NCBI GenBank assembly: GCA_964187785.1
Contig: OZ076409.1
Location: 58,654,001 to 58,718,000, forward strand
Direction: 5' to 3'
Source: Amphiscolops sp. MND2022
Taxonomy: Eukaryota
DNA length: 64,000 nt
In this document: positions 50,801 to 64,000 of the stretch, one piece after another
How the letters are laid out: each line of letters begins with the position of its first letter
How positions within the stretch are numbered: the first letter of the stretch is position 1
The notes under the pieces: generated by a model
Told to the model about the DNA's origin: nothing
What the model saw: only the letters and a program-made list of their open reading frames with translations
The model's database searches: none
Position numbers and translations under genes: made by a program

Positions 50801-53800
50801 CTGGCAACGAAGTTGAACGTTCATGGCACCCCGACCAAGCTTACTGTCTATGGCATAAATTCCAACCAAATCGTAGACACGCAACTGGTGGAGCTTAAGT
50901 TGACACCTGTTCATTCGGGTGGCTCTTGCTCTCCCTTTGTTGTCAAACCGTACGTCAGGGAAGATCATAAAGTCGGAACTGACACAAAAGTTGTCGAACT
51001 TTTGAAAATCAAGTACCCCCATTTGCTACCAATCTCTTTGAAAAAGTACAGCTACGCCGATGTTGAAATGATCCTTGGTGAGGATGTGTTCCCCGCGATC
51101 CGCCCGCTGGAGTATTTTGACTGCGACCGCAAAAGTGCTCCAGTCGCCGTTCGTCTACCGTTGGGTTGGGTTTTGAGTGGACCGCTCCCCTCGTGCTTAG
51201 GTCTCTATTCAACTTGTTTTAAAGCTCTTGCTTCTAACAAAGAATTGGACTCCGAACTTGCCGATCAACTCCGAAGCTGGTACGATATTGAATCACATGG
51301 AGCGTACAAGCAAGTAGATTCGCGTTCCGTTGCCGATGCGAGAGCGTTGGAAATACTCGAAGAAACGACCTACCACGACGGTAACCGATACCATGTGGGA
51401 ATGTTGTGGACCGAAACCGAAAGTGGTTTGCCGAATAACTTCTTTTCCGCGCTCGTGCAGCTAAAATCGTTGGAACGTCGCCTCGACAAAGATCCGCAAT
51501 TGCAACAACTCTATGCGAAGGCAATTCACCACGACTTAGAGAAAGGGTTCATAGTCAAAGTTGACAACAGCAACTGTTTCGAAGTGGTACCTGCCACACC
51601 ATACAGTAGTGCATCCGCACAAACCCGGCAAAGTTCGCAGATTATTGAATGGCGCAGCAAAGTTCCAGGGCCGATCTTTGAACAACGCCTTGTTAACCGG
51701 ACCAGACTTGCTTCATAGTTTGATACACATACTTATCCGATTTCGTCAACACAAGTACGCCGTCTCTGCCGACATAGAAGGTATGTTTCTTCAAGTAGGG
51801 TTCATACCAAAGGATCATACCAAAGGTTCATACCAATACGTCCGGCACATCTTTGGATCCAAGGACTCGCCAACATGTGCCAACTACGCGCTGAAGCGCA
51901 CTGGTTGCGATAACCAAGACATTACATCTTCGCAACTTTTACATGGACGACTACTTGGAGTCAAGTCCCACAGTTGAAGAAGCCAGCAACAAAGCGAAGG
52001 ACTTGGTCACAATGCTAGCAAAAGGTGGCTTCAATTTAACCAAGTTTGTCTCTATCATCGACCACCTTCCAGCCGAACTGCAACACAGCGGTAAACCAGC
52101 ACCAGCCGATGCGAAGGTGATTCCGAAACTGGACGAGTCCTCACATGTCTTGGGCCTTAAGTGGAATCATGCCTCTGATATCCTCATAGTAAGTCGGGGA
52201 ACGTACCCTGGTACCAACAAAACAATTACACAGCGAGTGGTACTAAGTTTAGTCTCGGCCGGTTACGATCCAATTGGACTCTCCGTTGCTCCGTATACCG
52301 TCCAAGCAAGGCTCTTGTTGAAAGACATCTGGAGAATTAGTGGTCAACAGTGGGATGACGATCTACCGGACCAAATCGTAACCAAGTTCAACGAATGACG
52401 CAAAGAGCTGCCAACTTTAGGCGAGGTTCAAATCCCATGGAGCTACTTCAAAGAGCGAGTTGAATCTTTGGAGCTTCATATGTTCGACGATAGCTCTCAA
52501 CATGTCGTCAGTGCCGTCGCCTTCCTCCGAGTAAAAATTGCCACTACGACAGGTCACACCACAGAGCTAGCTTTCGTCTTCTGGAAAGCCAGAGTGGCAC
52601 CCACAAAAGCCCTAACGATCCCGAAGCTCGAGATACAAGCCTTTTTGCTTGCTGCACGACTCCGAAAGGAAAATGAAAGTGCTCTAACGGTCAGAATTGA
52701 CGACACTTTCATGTGGACGGACAGTACGACGGTCCTTCAGTGGCTCCATATATTGGAAAAGCAACCGGTGTTTGTCGCCAACCGTGTTGCCGAAATCCCG
52801 GAACTAACAAGAGTGGATGAATGGAATGACGTCAAATCATGTGACAACCCCGCTGATGCAGGAACGCGGGGTCTCTCAGCTAATTCGCTTCGTGCAAGTC
52901 CTTGGCTCAAAGGTCCTTCATTCTTGCGAACACATGACTGGCCGTTGAAACCACCAAAAGAAGTTGAGATCAAATTGAAAGCAAAAAAGTCAGACACTCT
53001 CAATTCGTCAAAAACCTCGTAGTATGAGACAGCTCTAAGCGCAACTGTGATCGGCGTCGCGACAACTTCCAAGTGGCAGAAGTACCGCTTGTACGAAAAA
53101 CTTCTGCGCGTAGTTGCCTACATTTTGCGCCTACTGCCGAAAAACGACTTTTATCGCTCCGTTTCTGGTTTAATAACTGACACAAGCGAAGTGCAAATGG
53201 TCAAATGAGACTTTTCTACCTCATCCAACAAGAGTCATTTCCCATCGAACTGAAGTGTTTGCTGAAGCAATACCCCTTCATCAACTCCTCAATAATTTTC
53301 GATTCTCACCGTTCATTGGGCCTCAAGGCCTACCGTGAGCAACCGGCCGGACCAAACAACTAACAGTTTCCACTTTTGACGCAAAACGCCCAATTTTACT
53401 CGACAGTTGTCACCCCGCCGTACGTTTGTACTTGGAACAGCTCATCGAAACACATTGCCATCAGGGTGTCGACTACTTGAGGGCGTTGGTGCAACAAAAA
53501 TTCGTCATCGTCAAGCTTAGAACCGCCCTGAGGTCAATTGTTTCCAATTGTGTCACTTGCCGCAACCTTCGAGCGGAAAATCTCAACCCGATAATGACCT
53601 TCCTCGAGAACGACTGGCTTTTAAAAGCGTCCATTTACGAACACCGGAATCGATTATTTTGGTCCGTTTTACATAGTTGTGAAAAGATCAACCGAAAAAC
53701 GATGGGGATTCCTCTTCACTCGCTTAACTACCAGAGCTGTCCTTTTTGAAGTTGTTCCGTCAATGGACACTTAGTAGCTGTGTCATGGGAATCGAATGAT

Positions 53801-56800
53801 TCGCTCCCCGTCGGGGCGTCCCATCTGTTTTGTGGTTTGACAACGGAATGAACTACATCGCCAGCGAAAAGGAGTTGCTACAAAACGTGTCAGCGTGGAA
53901 TCAACAGATGTCTGAAGCTTTGGTCAAAAAACGGATCCACTGGAAATTCAATCCTCCCAGTGCTCCTGGCCACGGAGGTGTCTGGGAACGAATTGTCAGA
54001 AGCTTCAAACACGTCTTTTACACAATCCTTAGGAACCCGTTAGCTCCGACGCTACAGATTTGAACGCCTTGACTGATTTGAACGCCAAACCAATTCCTAT
54101 TGGGAACCGCGAGTTCCACACTGCCATTGCACCAAAGAGCCGACGTAGACCACAGGAAACGCTATGCGCGAGCGCAAGCGTACTCAGACGCTATTGGGGA
54201 CCGTTGGTTAAGAGATTACGTTCCGTCGCTTAACCGCAGTACAAAGTGGTCTGCCCAATCAAATCGAGACCTTAATTTCGAAGATCTTGTCTGGATTGTC
54301 GAGCCCACGAGTCCACGAGGACATTACCCACTTGCACGTGTGGTTAAGTTGAACAACGGACCCGACTCAGTTGCCCGCTCTGCAGAACTGAAGACAACAA
54401 CGAAAAATCTGGTTCGACCCATCGTCAAACTTGCACTCGTTCTCCCGCTTTCTGTTTCTCCCGATTGTCAATAATCCTAAATACTACGTTTTTTGTTTCT
54501 CTTGTAACCCTACTTATCACGAAATACCATGTAACATGTTTATCGAAAATTCATGTAAGCTGTGCTTCAAAAATTGCTTTAAAAGTTTCATTTTTTATTT
54601 CTAACGTTTTGTTTTCACATCTTCTTTGGCCCGGAGGATGTTGCATAACAAATAAAACCTGAATGAAAAGCATGAGTCAGTTTTTTTGATGTAGTGAAAC
54701 CTATTACGAACTGTATTAACCGAATTTACAGTTTCTTTAGAAATTTAAGGGGCATTTTAGTTTTAAAAATTAGTGAAAAGTCACATAGTGCCAAAAAAGG
54801 CCAAAAAGGGGACCCTTTGGTCTCCTCTTTTCTTTTGCAAGCATAAAAAGATTGTTTAGTGCGAGGGTCGAACCTACGTACTCTTCCTGCTTCTCATGCT
54901 TCCTCTTCAGAAACTTCGTGTTAACCTCTAGGCTGAGTGGCTGTTGGATGTCACTAAAATCTGTATTAAAAAATAATGAAATCTGTCACTTCGCGACTTT
55001 TCTTAAAAGCCAGTGCAATAATTGGTTTTTACTACGTAAGCGCCAACTGAAATTCGCGAATGTCCCAGCTGTAAACGTCATGAGGCATTTCACGCCCCTC
55101 CGAGTCGGCCAAACCCTGCCGACGGTTACAAGATCTGTTACATCTCCGTGCGACCACCCTAATCGTGATTGCTTGAACTTTTTACATGCTGCATGGAAAC
55201 ATGCAGGCTAATTTTTTTTCACAAAACATGAAAAATTCCGAGAGCATACGTGGAAACACTTTGTAGGGTTACTATGCTGCTTCCACTATTCCAATATAAA
55301 CTGAAAACTTTCCCACTTTTTCACAGTCACGATCACTTATTATAAAACGTGAAAATTGAAGTGTTTCACCCTAGTCGAACCTGCTGGAAAGTTTTCCATA
55401 TAGCGTCCTTGCATACATTCTTAAATTCACGTCTAAGTTTCTCAAAGTAAGTACAATATGTAATTACCGTTAGTCAAATAGCACGCTGAATGTGACGCTA
55501 CTTCGAAATTTATAATGTTACGGAAGTATATTTGCATTGAAATTGCGGAAAATTTAATGAGGTCACAGCTCCTTTCAAAATTAGAATGGAATCTAATTGA
55601 ACCTGTAAAACTTCGCTGCTATGATTTGCTGCCAAGTTAAGGATGCATCTTATACTCAGCTTGATAAATATAAACTGAATCAGTGAAGTTTTAATGCAGG
55701 GACATTTCCTTGAATTTTTTTAAATCATGAAAAATTGGCTTGGTAACTCACACAAACTTGTAAAAAGTTCATGCAGTTCCAACCAGGGCAAGCATGAAGC
55801 GTCGATGATCTTTGGCAAACTTGTCAAATTTCTTTGGAAATAGTTAACCTGAATGTTTTGCAAACGTCAACAAGTAATTTTTTCTGTTACCGTGAATTTT
55901 ACCTTTGTTGAAACTGCTTGAACTTTTGGCATGTGCTTTGATGTTGCCAGCAACATTCATTATTTTGTCAAAAACCCTTTACGGAAAATCACATGCGAGA
56001 CATTTCCTTGTTGTATTAAGCTTTTATCAAGCTGCTTGATAGATTCATCATAGTTTTGGGTGCAATTTTAAGCCTTGAAGTTTAGGTTTCATTGAGCAGC
56101 AGCTAAAATTTTAAGAGCAAATGTATTGCTATCAGTTTTACCGCTAATTATTGCAAAATAACTTCAGTCGCGTAATAAACTACAAATTAGCGTGATGTTT
56201 AGCGTGCTATTTGGGAAGCGGTGATCACATCAGATGAATCGTTGAGAGAACAAAAAAGTAATTACAAATTGATGGTGTCGGTAATTATGTGGAATTTTAT
56301 TTCAAGTTTAATTGCAGTAGTGGAAAATGCAGTGTATATGTACATGATTTACCACCCGATGTTTACTGAACTTTCTAGGTTTTATAAAAAAATAGCCTGC
56401 ATGCAGCCCATGTAAAATTTTTTGTCGTTTCAACTAGGGTAACCAATCGCAGCGATGCTTCACATTTTGAATTGCTTGCAAGGTCAGGGCGCTTCGAATA
56501 TTCGAGATCGTTTTGTAAATCCGCTATCTCCGAAGATGTAGAAATGTATGTTCACGGACGGAAAAAGTTTAAATTATCCAATTTCACTTGATCTTTTTCA
56601 AATGATATTATATGCTTAAGATTTTTTAGGCGATATAAGCAAAGACTACGTCTGAAGGAATTATGAGACTGATGAGTTTGTCGAGAATTTCGAATGAGAT
56701 TCAAAAAGAGGTAACTTCGATGTCGAAAGCCTCGTTGAAATAATCATCTTGCAACTGTTATCTATTGGCCTTGTGAGCAAGTGTTTGATTTTCTTATGAG

Positions 56801-57287
56801 TTATGCTTTATTGGCTCTCTTTTGCTTTTGTTCAAGCTTCAGGTCTACATTAGCCATTTGTTAGTATAAGCAAGACAAACTTCACGAGTTAGGCTGGTTG
56901 ACAAAATGAGTCTATTATATTACTGGCAAGGCACCGAAGGGCAGGTAAACGAAGAGTATGTTGGCAACCGGAAAATCGAAGACCAGAAACGATGGATTTT
57001 TAGTCGTTGGTTCAACTTCTGATTTTGATTTGACTTTTAAGAACATATTTGTAAATCAAAACCAGACTTTTAATTCAGTCCTATTGGCAATTCGGGTGCA
57101 CAGTCGCGCACTCCGCACGTCACAGGATTTGATTCTTACCAAATATCAAATCCAAAATTTTAGTGTAGTTGTTAGCGTGGCTACACCAAAGGTGGATGGT
57201 GTTCAAGCTAATGAGTTGATTAACCTCTTCACCAGAACACCAGAATTGTTTCATACAGGAAGAGCTCTATGGTCTGACAAAAAAGCC

Positions 57288-57331
57288 ACTGTAAGAGTCG
57301 GGCACTTTCTGTCAAAAGCGCCGACTAAAAG
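57288..57331 (-). repeat. Isolated terminal fragment of the HINE-like family
   Basis: Reverse complement ttttagtcggcgcttttgacagaaagtgcccgactcttacagtg matches the left ends at 7335 and 11021. Confidence 0.6.
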
Positions 57332-59281
57332 TTAAGCTTTTCAAGTATGAAATCACAGTTTGAAGTTAAACCCAAAATTCTAATTTCATGCTTACAGTAG
57401 GTATCATGACTGCCACTATGCAACTCCCAATTTTGAAATATTCTGCATATACCGGAAAATCATGTAACTAAACTGTTCTTGCATATGTTCTCTCTCAGTA
57501 TCTACAGTAGCGTTTTAGAATATTGCAACCTCATTGCTTAAAATAGCAAAATTTGAAACCAAGTAAACTGTCACAAATTTTACCGAGTTTACAAAATGTT
57601 TGTTTGAAATTTATACGACCCATATTGAGAAAGTTGAATAATGCAATTTTTAGGCAATTCATTTTTCGGAATTTGATTGGCTTCAAATAAAAAAATTTGG
57701 AATATTTGTTTATTCAGAGACACCTTATAACCTGCGGAACCTACCGAATTGCCTTGATGAAAAATTTTCAAGCACCGCAATACATGTATTATGATCGGTT
57801 ATAAGTGTTGGTTCCAGAAATTTGATGATTTTCATTTGAAATGAAAGGATATTATTCAATCAAACTACACCAGATTTCTGGGAGGCAAATCTGTGACTAA
57901 AAATTTTCAGAAAAATATGTTTTCATTAGATAGTTGGGAAAAAGTACAAAATTGATTATTAGTCAAAATTTACTAGCAAAAAATTGCAACATTTCTAGGC
58001 GACAGTTTTTCGTACTGGGGAGTTTTCAAAATATTTGAAATTGAATGCTATTTTAAGCAATGGAGTTGCGATATTGTAGAATGATTCGAACACTTAGAAG
58101 CAAGAGGGCACTTTTATCGACACAAAGCCAACGGAGTTTACTGTTCAATAATTTCCTATGAGCGTCGCTTGTATTCAAATAAGTACGCAAAAGGTCATTG
58201 ACGTTTATGAGTTTTATTCTTTATTCAAGTAACAAAGCTTATCGTCCAATATTTGGATGCGCTCAGTCAAGAATGATGTCAGTACATTTTCATCGTATGC
58301 AAGTTCGACCTATGCCATTTCAAACGCTCACAATTTCAACCTACTGCATTTTCAACGTTTTGCAATTTCGAAGCAAACTAATTTCGGCTAGTTCCTTTTC
58401 AGCTCATGACACACATCTGCTTTTTAATGAAATCCCAAGATTTTAATATCCCTAAAATATGAAAATGATATTTTCAAGATTTGTCAGCTGACAGGGTCTT
58501 GGACATTGTCCCTACCGAAGTCAGCGCTCTTTCAGAAAACGGCGGCGTCAAATGCAACATCCAGCGCAACATGTTGCGTTTCTTCAACTTTTGATAAAAA
58601 CGGTTTGACGATTTAGCTATCACTTTTTATACAGATGAAAATTGATTTTATTAGCCGAAAACCGAATCATCTCCCGGTGCATCATTGTCCATCAAGTTTC
58701 TCAGCCTGTTAAATGCCCTTGAATTTGATTTTAAAAAGGATGGAAATGTTTAACGTTTATTCAATACGATTCATTATTAAGCACAAAAGTATAGGAATGT
58801 AACAAATCCCATATACGGCGACTTACCAAGCAAGCTGTAAATAAAAAGCATTTACTGTACGAACTTACTTCACACGAAATAGGTTCCTCCTGTTGAGGTA
58901 GCTGTAATAGTAGTCTTTCGAAACTAAGAGTTGAACAGTCACTAAATTTTATCACAGCCCTCAGTCGAAATTTAAGAATATTACTGCTCAATGCAAACTC
59001 CAGGTGAATGCCAAACTTTTTGAAACGTGAGCTTTCTGAAAGCACCACAGCTAAAAGATTCCAGATTAAAATTAAATCCATTGAACTTCAATCGCCTCCA
59101 GCAGTTTTTGAAGGTTCTTGTGACCAAACTTTTATAGAACGTGTCAAGAAGTTGCCAAATTTAGTGTCTCAAGAAATTCAAAGGACATGTTAAAGCTCTC
59201 ATTTGAAAAATATATCATCTGGTCTGGTCCAGCGACATAGCATATTTGGCAATTTTCGACACGTGCTGAATATTTCAACAT

Positions 59282-62200
59282 TCAAGATGTATTGGGGTCC
59301 AGTTGGTTTTGCATTACATTAATCATGTCATCAAGTGCCTTGATTATGTGTCGACATAACTCCTTGGGGTCAGTGACGTCAGATGTCTTGCTAGCAGTGA
59401 CAACGAACTTAGTGCGTGTACTGTCTGCCTCTATGTAAAAGACCCCGTAGCCATCCTCGTCTTGGTATCGGAACACGCCGCCATTGGGGTTTTTAGTCCA
59501 ATCCTGCAAAAAACAATAATTGCCAATAACTACTAAATCACATTAAATATCACAATGTAATTTTCTGAAAGAATGCACAAAGTAACATTTTTTATCGTTC
59601 ACACCTCACTTTTTCATACTTCCAGATTACCGAAACTAATTTTTTGAAACTTCATTGTGTTTTCCAAACATGAAGCAATTGTAGAAGTCACAGGGAAGAT
59701 AGCTACCTATGCGATTTAATGTGGAGATAGGGGAAGGAATTCTAGACTCATTTAATACAATCGTTTATATCACAATTTATAATCCCCTACACCAAAGTTT
59801 TATTGTCAGAATAACTTTTCCATTCAAAATTTACGGGCCGGCGAGGGAATTGATGGGAAAAGGTGACTTTTGACTATGACTGAACAAACCCGAACTCGGG
59901 GTCATTACAGCAGGCATCTCAATATCATTCAAAGTTACTGTGATTCGGAGCTTCAAAGTCGATAAGTGAATGTGACTGTATTCTGTTATCCACAAGCTTC
60001 CAAACACGATTCAGTAGGGAACGTAGTTTTCAACAATTTTTCAGTACAATTCCGGAGCTAAAGATTTTCACATGAATGAAATATCTTAATTACGCTTATT
60101 CATTGAATAACAGGTTTTAGAGGCTGGAAAGTGGAATTTTCAGGGAAATGTCAATGAGATGAAAAACAACCAACCTGGTCGTATTTAGACACGACTTTCA
60201 GCTTGTCTAGTATTTTGGCAGGCAAGCAGCTAGTACACAAAGGTGCCTCCATTCCTTTATTGACCACGTACTCCATGAAATCTGAGGTCAAACCTTGACC
60301 TTTCATGATGACATACAGGGCAAACAGGTGTCGGTCAACTCCTTGCATACTCATTGCCGCTTTCGTGATCTCCGCGTGTTCATCGCTTGCTTGTTTCAAC
60401 AACTTGAATTTTTCAGCCACGCTCAATTTCTCATCGTCCAAAGCTTCCACAAACATTTTCTTTTTCATGGTCAGAGGTCGGATATTCTCAGTTCGCCCGT
60501 ACGCGAAATGCTGCAACGTAGCCGGTTGGTAAGTCATCATGAACTTTTTATGCATCCTGTAAACCGCAACTTGCAATGCAATCTGAATCAGAGCGTCAGG
60601 GCTGATTTTGACTTTCTTAGCGATTCTTCGGTCAGCATTTTCTGCGAAAACGTGACCAATGCGGATGTTACAAGCATTTTCTTTTAGATGGGTGTTCGCC
60701 ATGTCGAAAGAATCCTTCAAAGAGGAAAGATCTCCAAAATCAATTTTCATTGGTTCTCGGAAACATCCGGTGTTGTAGACTCCTTGTTCGACTGTGTTCA
60801 AGCCCTTCTTGTCGAACCAACTGAAGCCGTTGACCTTTTGAGCGTAAAACTCTTCGATCGCGGTGAAGTTTTTGCCAAAAGTCATAGCAATGCCGTCAAA
60901 GGAACTGTGTTCGAAAGTTGTGAGAATCTTTCCGCTTTTGAAGGACGTAAATGAAGCAGATTTGTCCATCCAAACCCTTCCGCACCCATGACTGCTATGA
61001 GCGTAATATTCGCCATTTGAGTCGTTATAATCGTCTTCTAAGTTCACCATAAAGGCAGCTTCTTCCACGTCTTTCAACGCAGAAGGTGCCAACTTTTGCA
61101 AGTCGCCTCGAATCCTGGCCCAATCGTCGCGAGGCAAAAACGTGAAGACGGCGGGATCAAACATTGCACATTCTCGGAGGTTTGAGTCCATCCAAATCTG
61201 CTCGAGCAGAATTTTCAAAGTACCTAGAACAGTGAAATGACTTCAATGTCAATCATGCGACATCTAAGAGCATAACTTCGACAAAATGTTGCCTAATTAT
61301 CTCATAGCTTATATAAAACCTCGCTCTTACTTTATACGAAGCATTCGAAAACTGATCCAATAAGTACAAAGCTGGTCCGTAGAATTCCAGCGTCTAACAA
61401 TGAACCACATTTCCTTCAAAAAATTTCTAGTTCCTACAATTCCACGAATCACGATACCGTAATGCGTTGTGCATTATTGCGTCCAATTAACTGACCTGGA
61501 ACCAACATGGCGCCTTTGTCATCATACATGTATATTTTGTAGTAATGCCCTCGTGATTGCACAACAATGAAACCGGTTCTGAGGGGATCGGACCACTGGA
61601 AGTCATCACAGCCGATCTTGGGTACTCGGCAACCTCCAGTCAGGTTTTTGATGGTGCTCATACACAAAGGAACCAAACCGTTCAACTTGATTTGTTCCAA
61701 ACTGCCATTATGACGACCCTCTATGAAGTATTTCCACATAGAGTAAATCCATACAGAAACACGATCCAACCGGTTGTAGTCTATTTTGTAAGAATCCGCT
61801 CCTGAAACCGAGCTGTTGTAGAGAGGCTTCCTATTGGATAGATAAACGTAAGTTCTCCACCAGTCAGAAAACCAGTTCCACTTGAAAAACGCTCTTAGAA
61901 GAAGCACCAACTGCAGTCGCCAGCCAATGGTGTTCAAGAACACATCTGCTTTCGTTTTCAGCTCTTCGAGCTCCTTTTCGTCGAGACAAGGTCGCATTGA
62001 TTCAATGAACTTTGACACCGTGACTTTCAGGCTGTTGGGGTAGGGCAATGGGGGCAGAAGATGGTCGAAGCAGTGAGGCGTAGCCGAAGTGGGGATAGAG
62101 AAATTCATCAACAAGCCCCAAATTTTAGTGGTTTTTGTCACTTTCGTAGATGTCAACCATCCGCGATACCTCAACAGACACGCGATGAACACCTTCAACA

Positions 62201-62480
62201 CCAAAAGCAATGCAATCAGGAACAACCAGCTCATGTACATCGCGGTTTCCGGAAGCATTTCGAGTCTCATGAAGCAGAAAGATGCAGAGGCTGTACCTAT
62301 GAAGGCGAATATTTTCGGAGTAAGAGGCCACACAAAAGTTTCGGCCGTACACACTAACTTCCTAATATAGATATCTCGTTTTCTGCGGGCTTCTGACTTA
62401 TTCCACGACTCCAGACGAAGCGTATCGTCCATGGTTATAACCCGATCCACAATTCTACTGGCAGAGCCAATGGCTTCCAT
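59282..62480 (-). CDS. Carnitine O-palmitoyltransferase 1-like (choline/carnitine acyltransferase family), 3 exons, 751 aa
   Basis: Exons 62480-61496, 61223-60175 and 59503-59282 have GT-AG introns in compatible phases (2256 nt). Two N-terminal hydrophobic segments. Motifs LPPLP, NWFSDWW...YL..R, VPLCM, WMDKS, catalytic EHSSFDG, SPDALIQIALQ, GRTE, GVDRHLFAL, DGYGVFY. Confidence 0.92.
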
Positions 62481-63373
62481 AGCTACCCAAATCGAATGTC
62501 TAAGATGAATGTCAAAAACTCGAAGTTCGAACTTGGGTTCACAACTGAATGGTAAATGAGTTGTTGTCAGTTGAGGTTAAGTAGGGACTTCTAAGAAAGC
62601 TAAAAGAAGAATGGAGGTTTAAGTAGAATGCCAGAGGTCCATGATTGCATGATAATCCTGAAATTTGAACTTCCCGTTTCAATGTTTGCATTAAAATGTG
62701 ATAAAAATACTAAGACAAAGACAACGACTCTAAACTGTTTGAATAGTTGAGTAAAATTCACCCATTCAGAACATTGATGTCAAAGTTTGTTTAGTTCGAT
62801 TGTAGTACGATAATGCGTAAACTTTGAACCTTCATTCGGACTATTATGATCTGACGATCAGTGAACCATGGTACTTCTAAAGAAACGCCTATTGGACTTT
62901 GCGCTTCAGGGACGATTAAGTACGTAGCAAATTATTAAACTTTGACCAATCTGAAAAGGTTGAAGAACTCTTTGAAATTGGAAAACCCTAAATTTCCCCG
63001 AATGAAGGCTAAATTCATGACTACATGCTTGTTTTTCAACAACGAACGTCGAATCGAATTCTGAAAAACTTACAAATTTTCAAAACAAGATGGGACCGTC
63101 TAAAGTTAGCGCCCCGCTTCATGCTCAAAACGCGCAAAAGTATTTTAAAGCGTCAAGGAATATTTATTGAAAAATTCTCTATCTCACAGTGCCGAAGAAG
63201 TTCAAAAGTTTTTGAACTTCCAAGGTTTTTTTTTCACTGAAAACGTAAAAAAAACCAAAGCAAAAACCCTTTTGTAAAAAAACTCGCAAAAAAGTACCAG
63301 AGTGCCAACAAACCCAAAAGGGGGCCCTTTTGGACAAAAGGTTCCTGTGGATCACAGTAACATGTCTTTTAGG

Positions 63374-63813
63374 CAGGGCTGTTCAAAAATGAATTGTCAT
63401 AACAATAATTGTCATTTTTTCTACTGGTACTAGAAAATGTGATCATTGGAAAAAATGCAATAAAAATTGTAACATGTAAATAAATGTAACATTTTGTTCC
63501 TGCGTCATTGTGTAATTCATTTGCCGGTTTTTGAAACAGCGCTGACAAAGTATCAGAACGGAGAGGAAATTTCAAGTCTGGAAAAGGACATTCTCCAGAA
63601 AATCCATGCTACCACACCATCTTGAAAGTCAAATTTTCTTGGCAGTCAACCGAGACTTTCTGTTTTTCTTTTAATTTCAAATGTTTTACATATATTGTTT
63701 TATATAAGAAACAATGTAACAATAAATGCAATAATAATTGTTGACAATGTTAAAAAATGTAAATAAAAATGTAGACTCAAAAAATGATTGCATTTTAATT
63801 GTGAACAGCCCTG
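63374..63813. mobile_element. hAT-family MITE (440 bp)
   Basis: TIR cagggctgttca / tgaacagccctg and a perfect 8 bp TSD cttttagg (63366-63373 and 63814-63821). Confidence 0.9.
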
Positions 63814-64000
63814 CTTTTAGGATACAATAACTATCAACTTCAAGGTTCAATGATAAAGTTCAATGTGAAATACAGGTTACGACGCTGAAAATTTACAAAA
63901 CGACAGCCGAAATTCCTGAACCTATCAGATGAAGGATGAATTTTCTAAATAGACTAGCAAATTTCACTATTTTGGCAATCTCTCCACAGACCATTGCGTG

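Larger units (their letters stand above)
46362..54739 (+). mobile_element. Decayed BEL/Pao LTR retrotransposon with an extra 5' ORF
   Basis: 5' LTR 46362-46593, PBS tggtggccatagagagg at 46594, PPT-like ggcccggagga at 54628-54638, deleted 3' LTR 54639-54739, near-TSD GAAAC/GAAAT. Gag has three Cys/His knuckles (CVACKEKH, CFSCF, CTKDGCGSSH). RT (HPHKPGKVR, YMDDYL), RNase H (LHMFDDSS, KARVAP, WTDS) and IN (IDYFGPF, DNGMNY, GGVWERIV) are present. Confidence 0.93.

Noticed and set aside
55200..59200. Short ORFs such as 56958-57335 and 58761-59081
   Set aside because: No recognisable motifs or exon chain. One ends in a repeat terminus.

Overview
AT-rich, intron-containing eukaryotic DNA, most likely an invertebrate animal, dominated by transposable elements. 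Two host genes lie on the minus strand: a spliced polypeptide GalNAc-transferase (GALNT)-like gene (about 1.5-19.5 kb, 3' end unresolved) and a three-exon CPT1-like carnitine acyltransferase (59282-62480). There are two decayed BEL/Pao LTR retrotransposons. The first (11237-17783, minus, AAAGC target duplication) sits inside a GALNT intron. The second (46362-54739, plus) carries an extra SGNH-hydrolase-like ORF and a stem-loop minisatellite between its PBS and gag. The most striking feature is a ~21 kb rearranged, partly duplicated Ty3/Gypsy-type (PR-RT-RH-IN) endogenous virus at about 22.5-43.3 kb. Its env resembles class III fusogens (chuvirus G / herpesvirus gB type), follows a very long S/T/P-rich in-frame leader, and is followed by at least two unknown accessory ORFs, a complex-retrovirus-like layout. 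Also present: a zero-spacer 628 bp palindrome, tRNA-derived SINEs, a Helentron/DINE-like repeat family, a deleted MULE, a hAT MITE with an 8 bp TSD, and a probable solo LTR. All family assignments come from motif recognition by eye; no searches were run.
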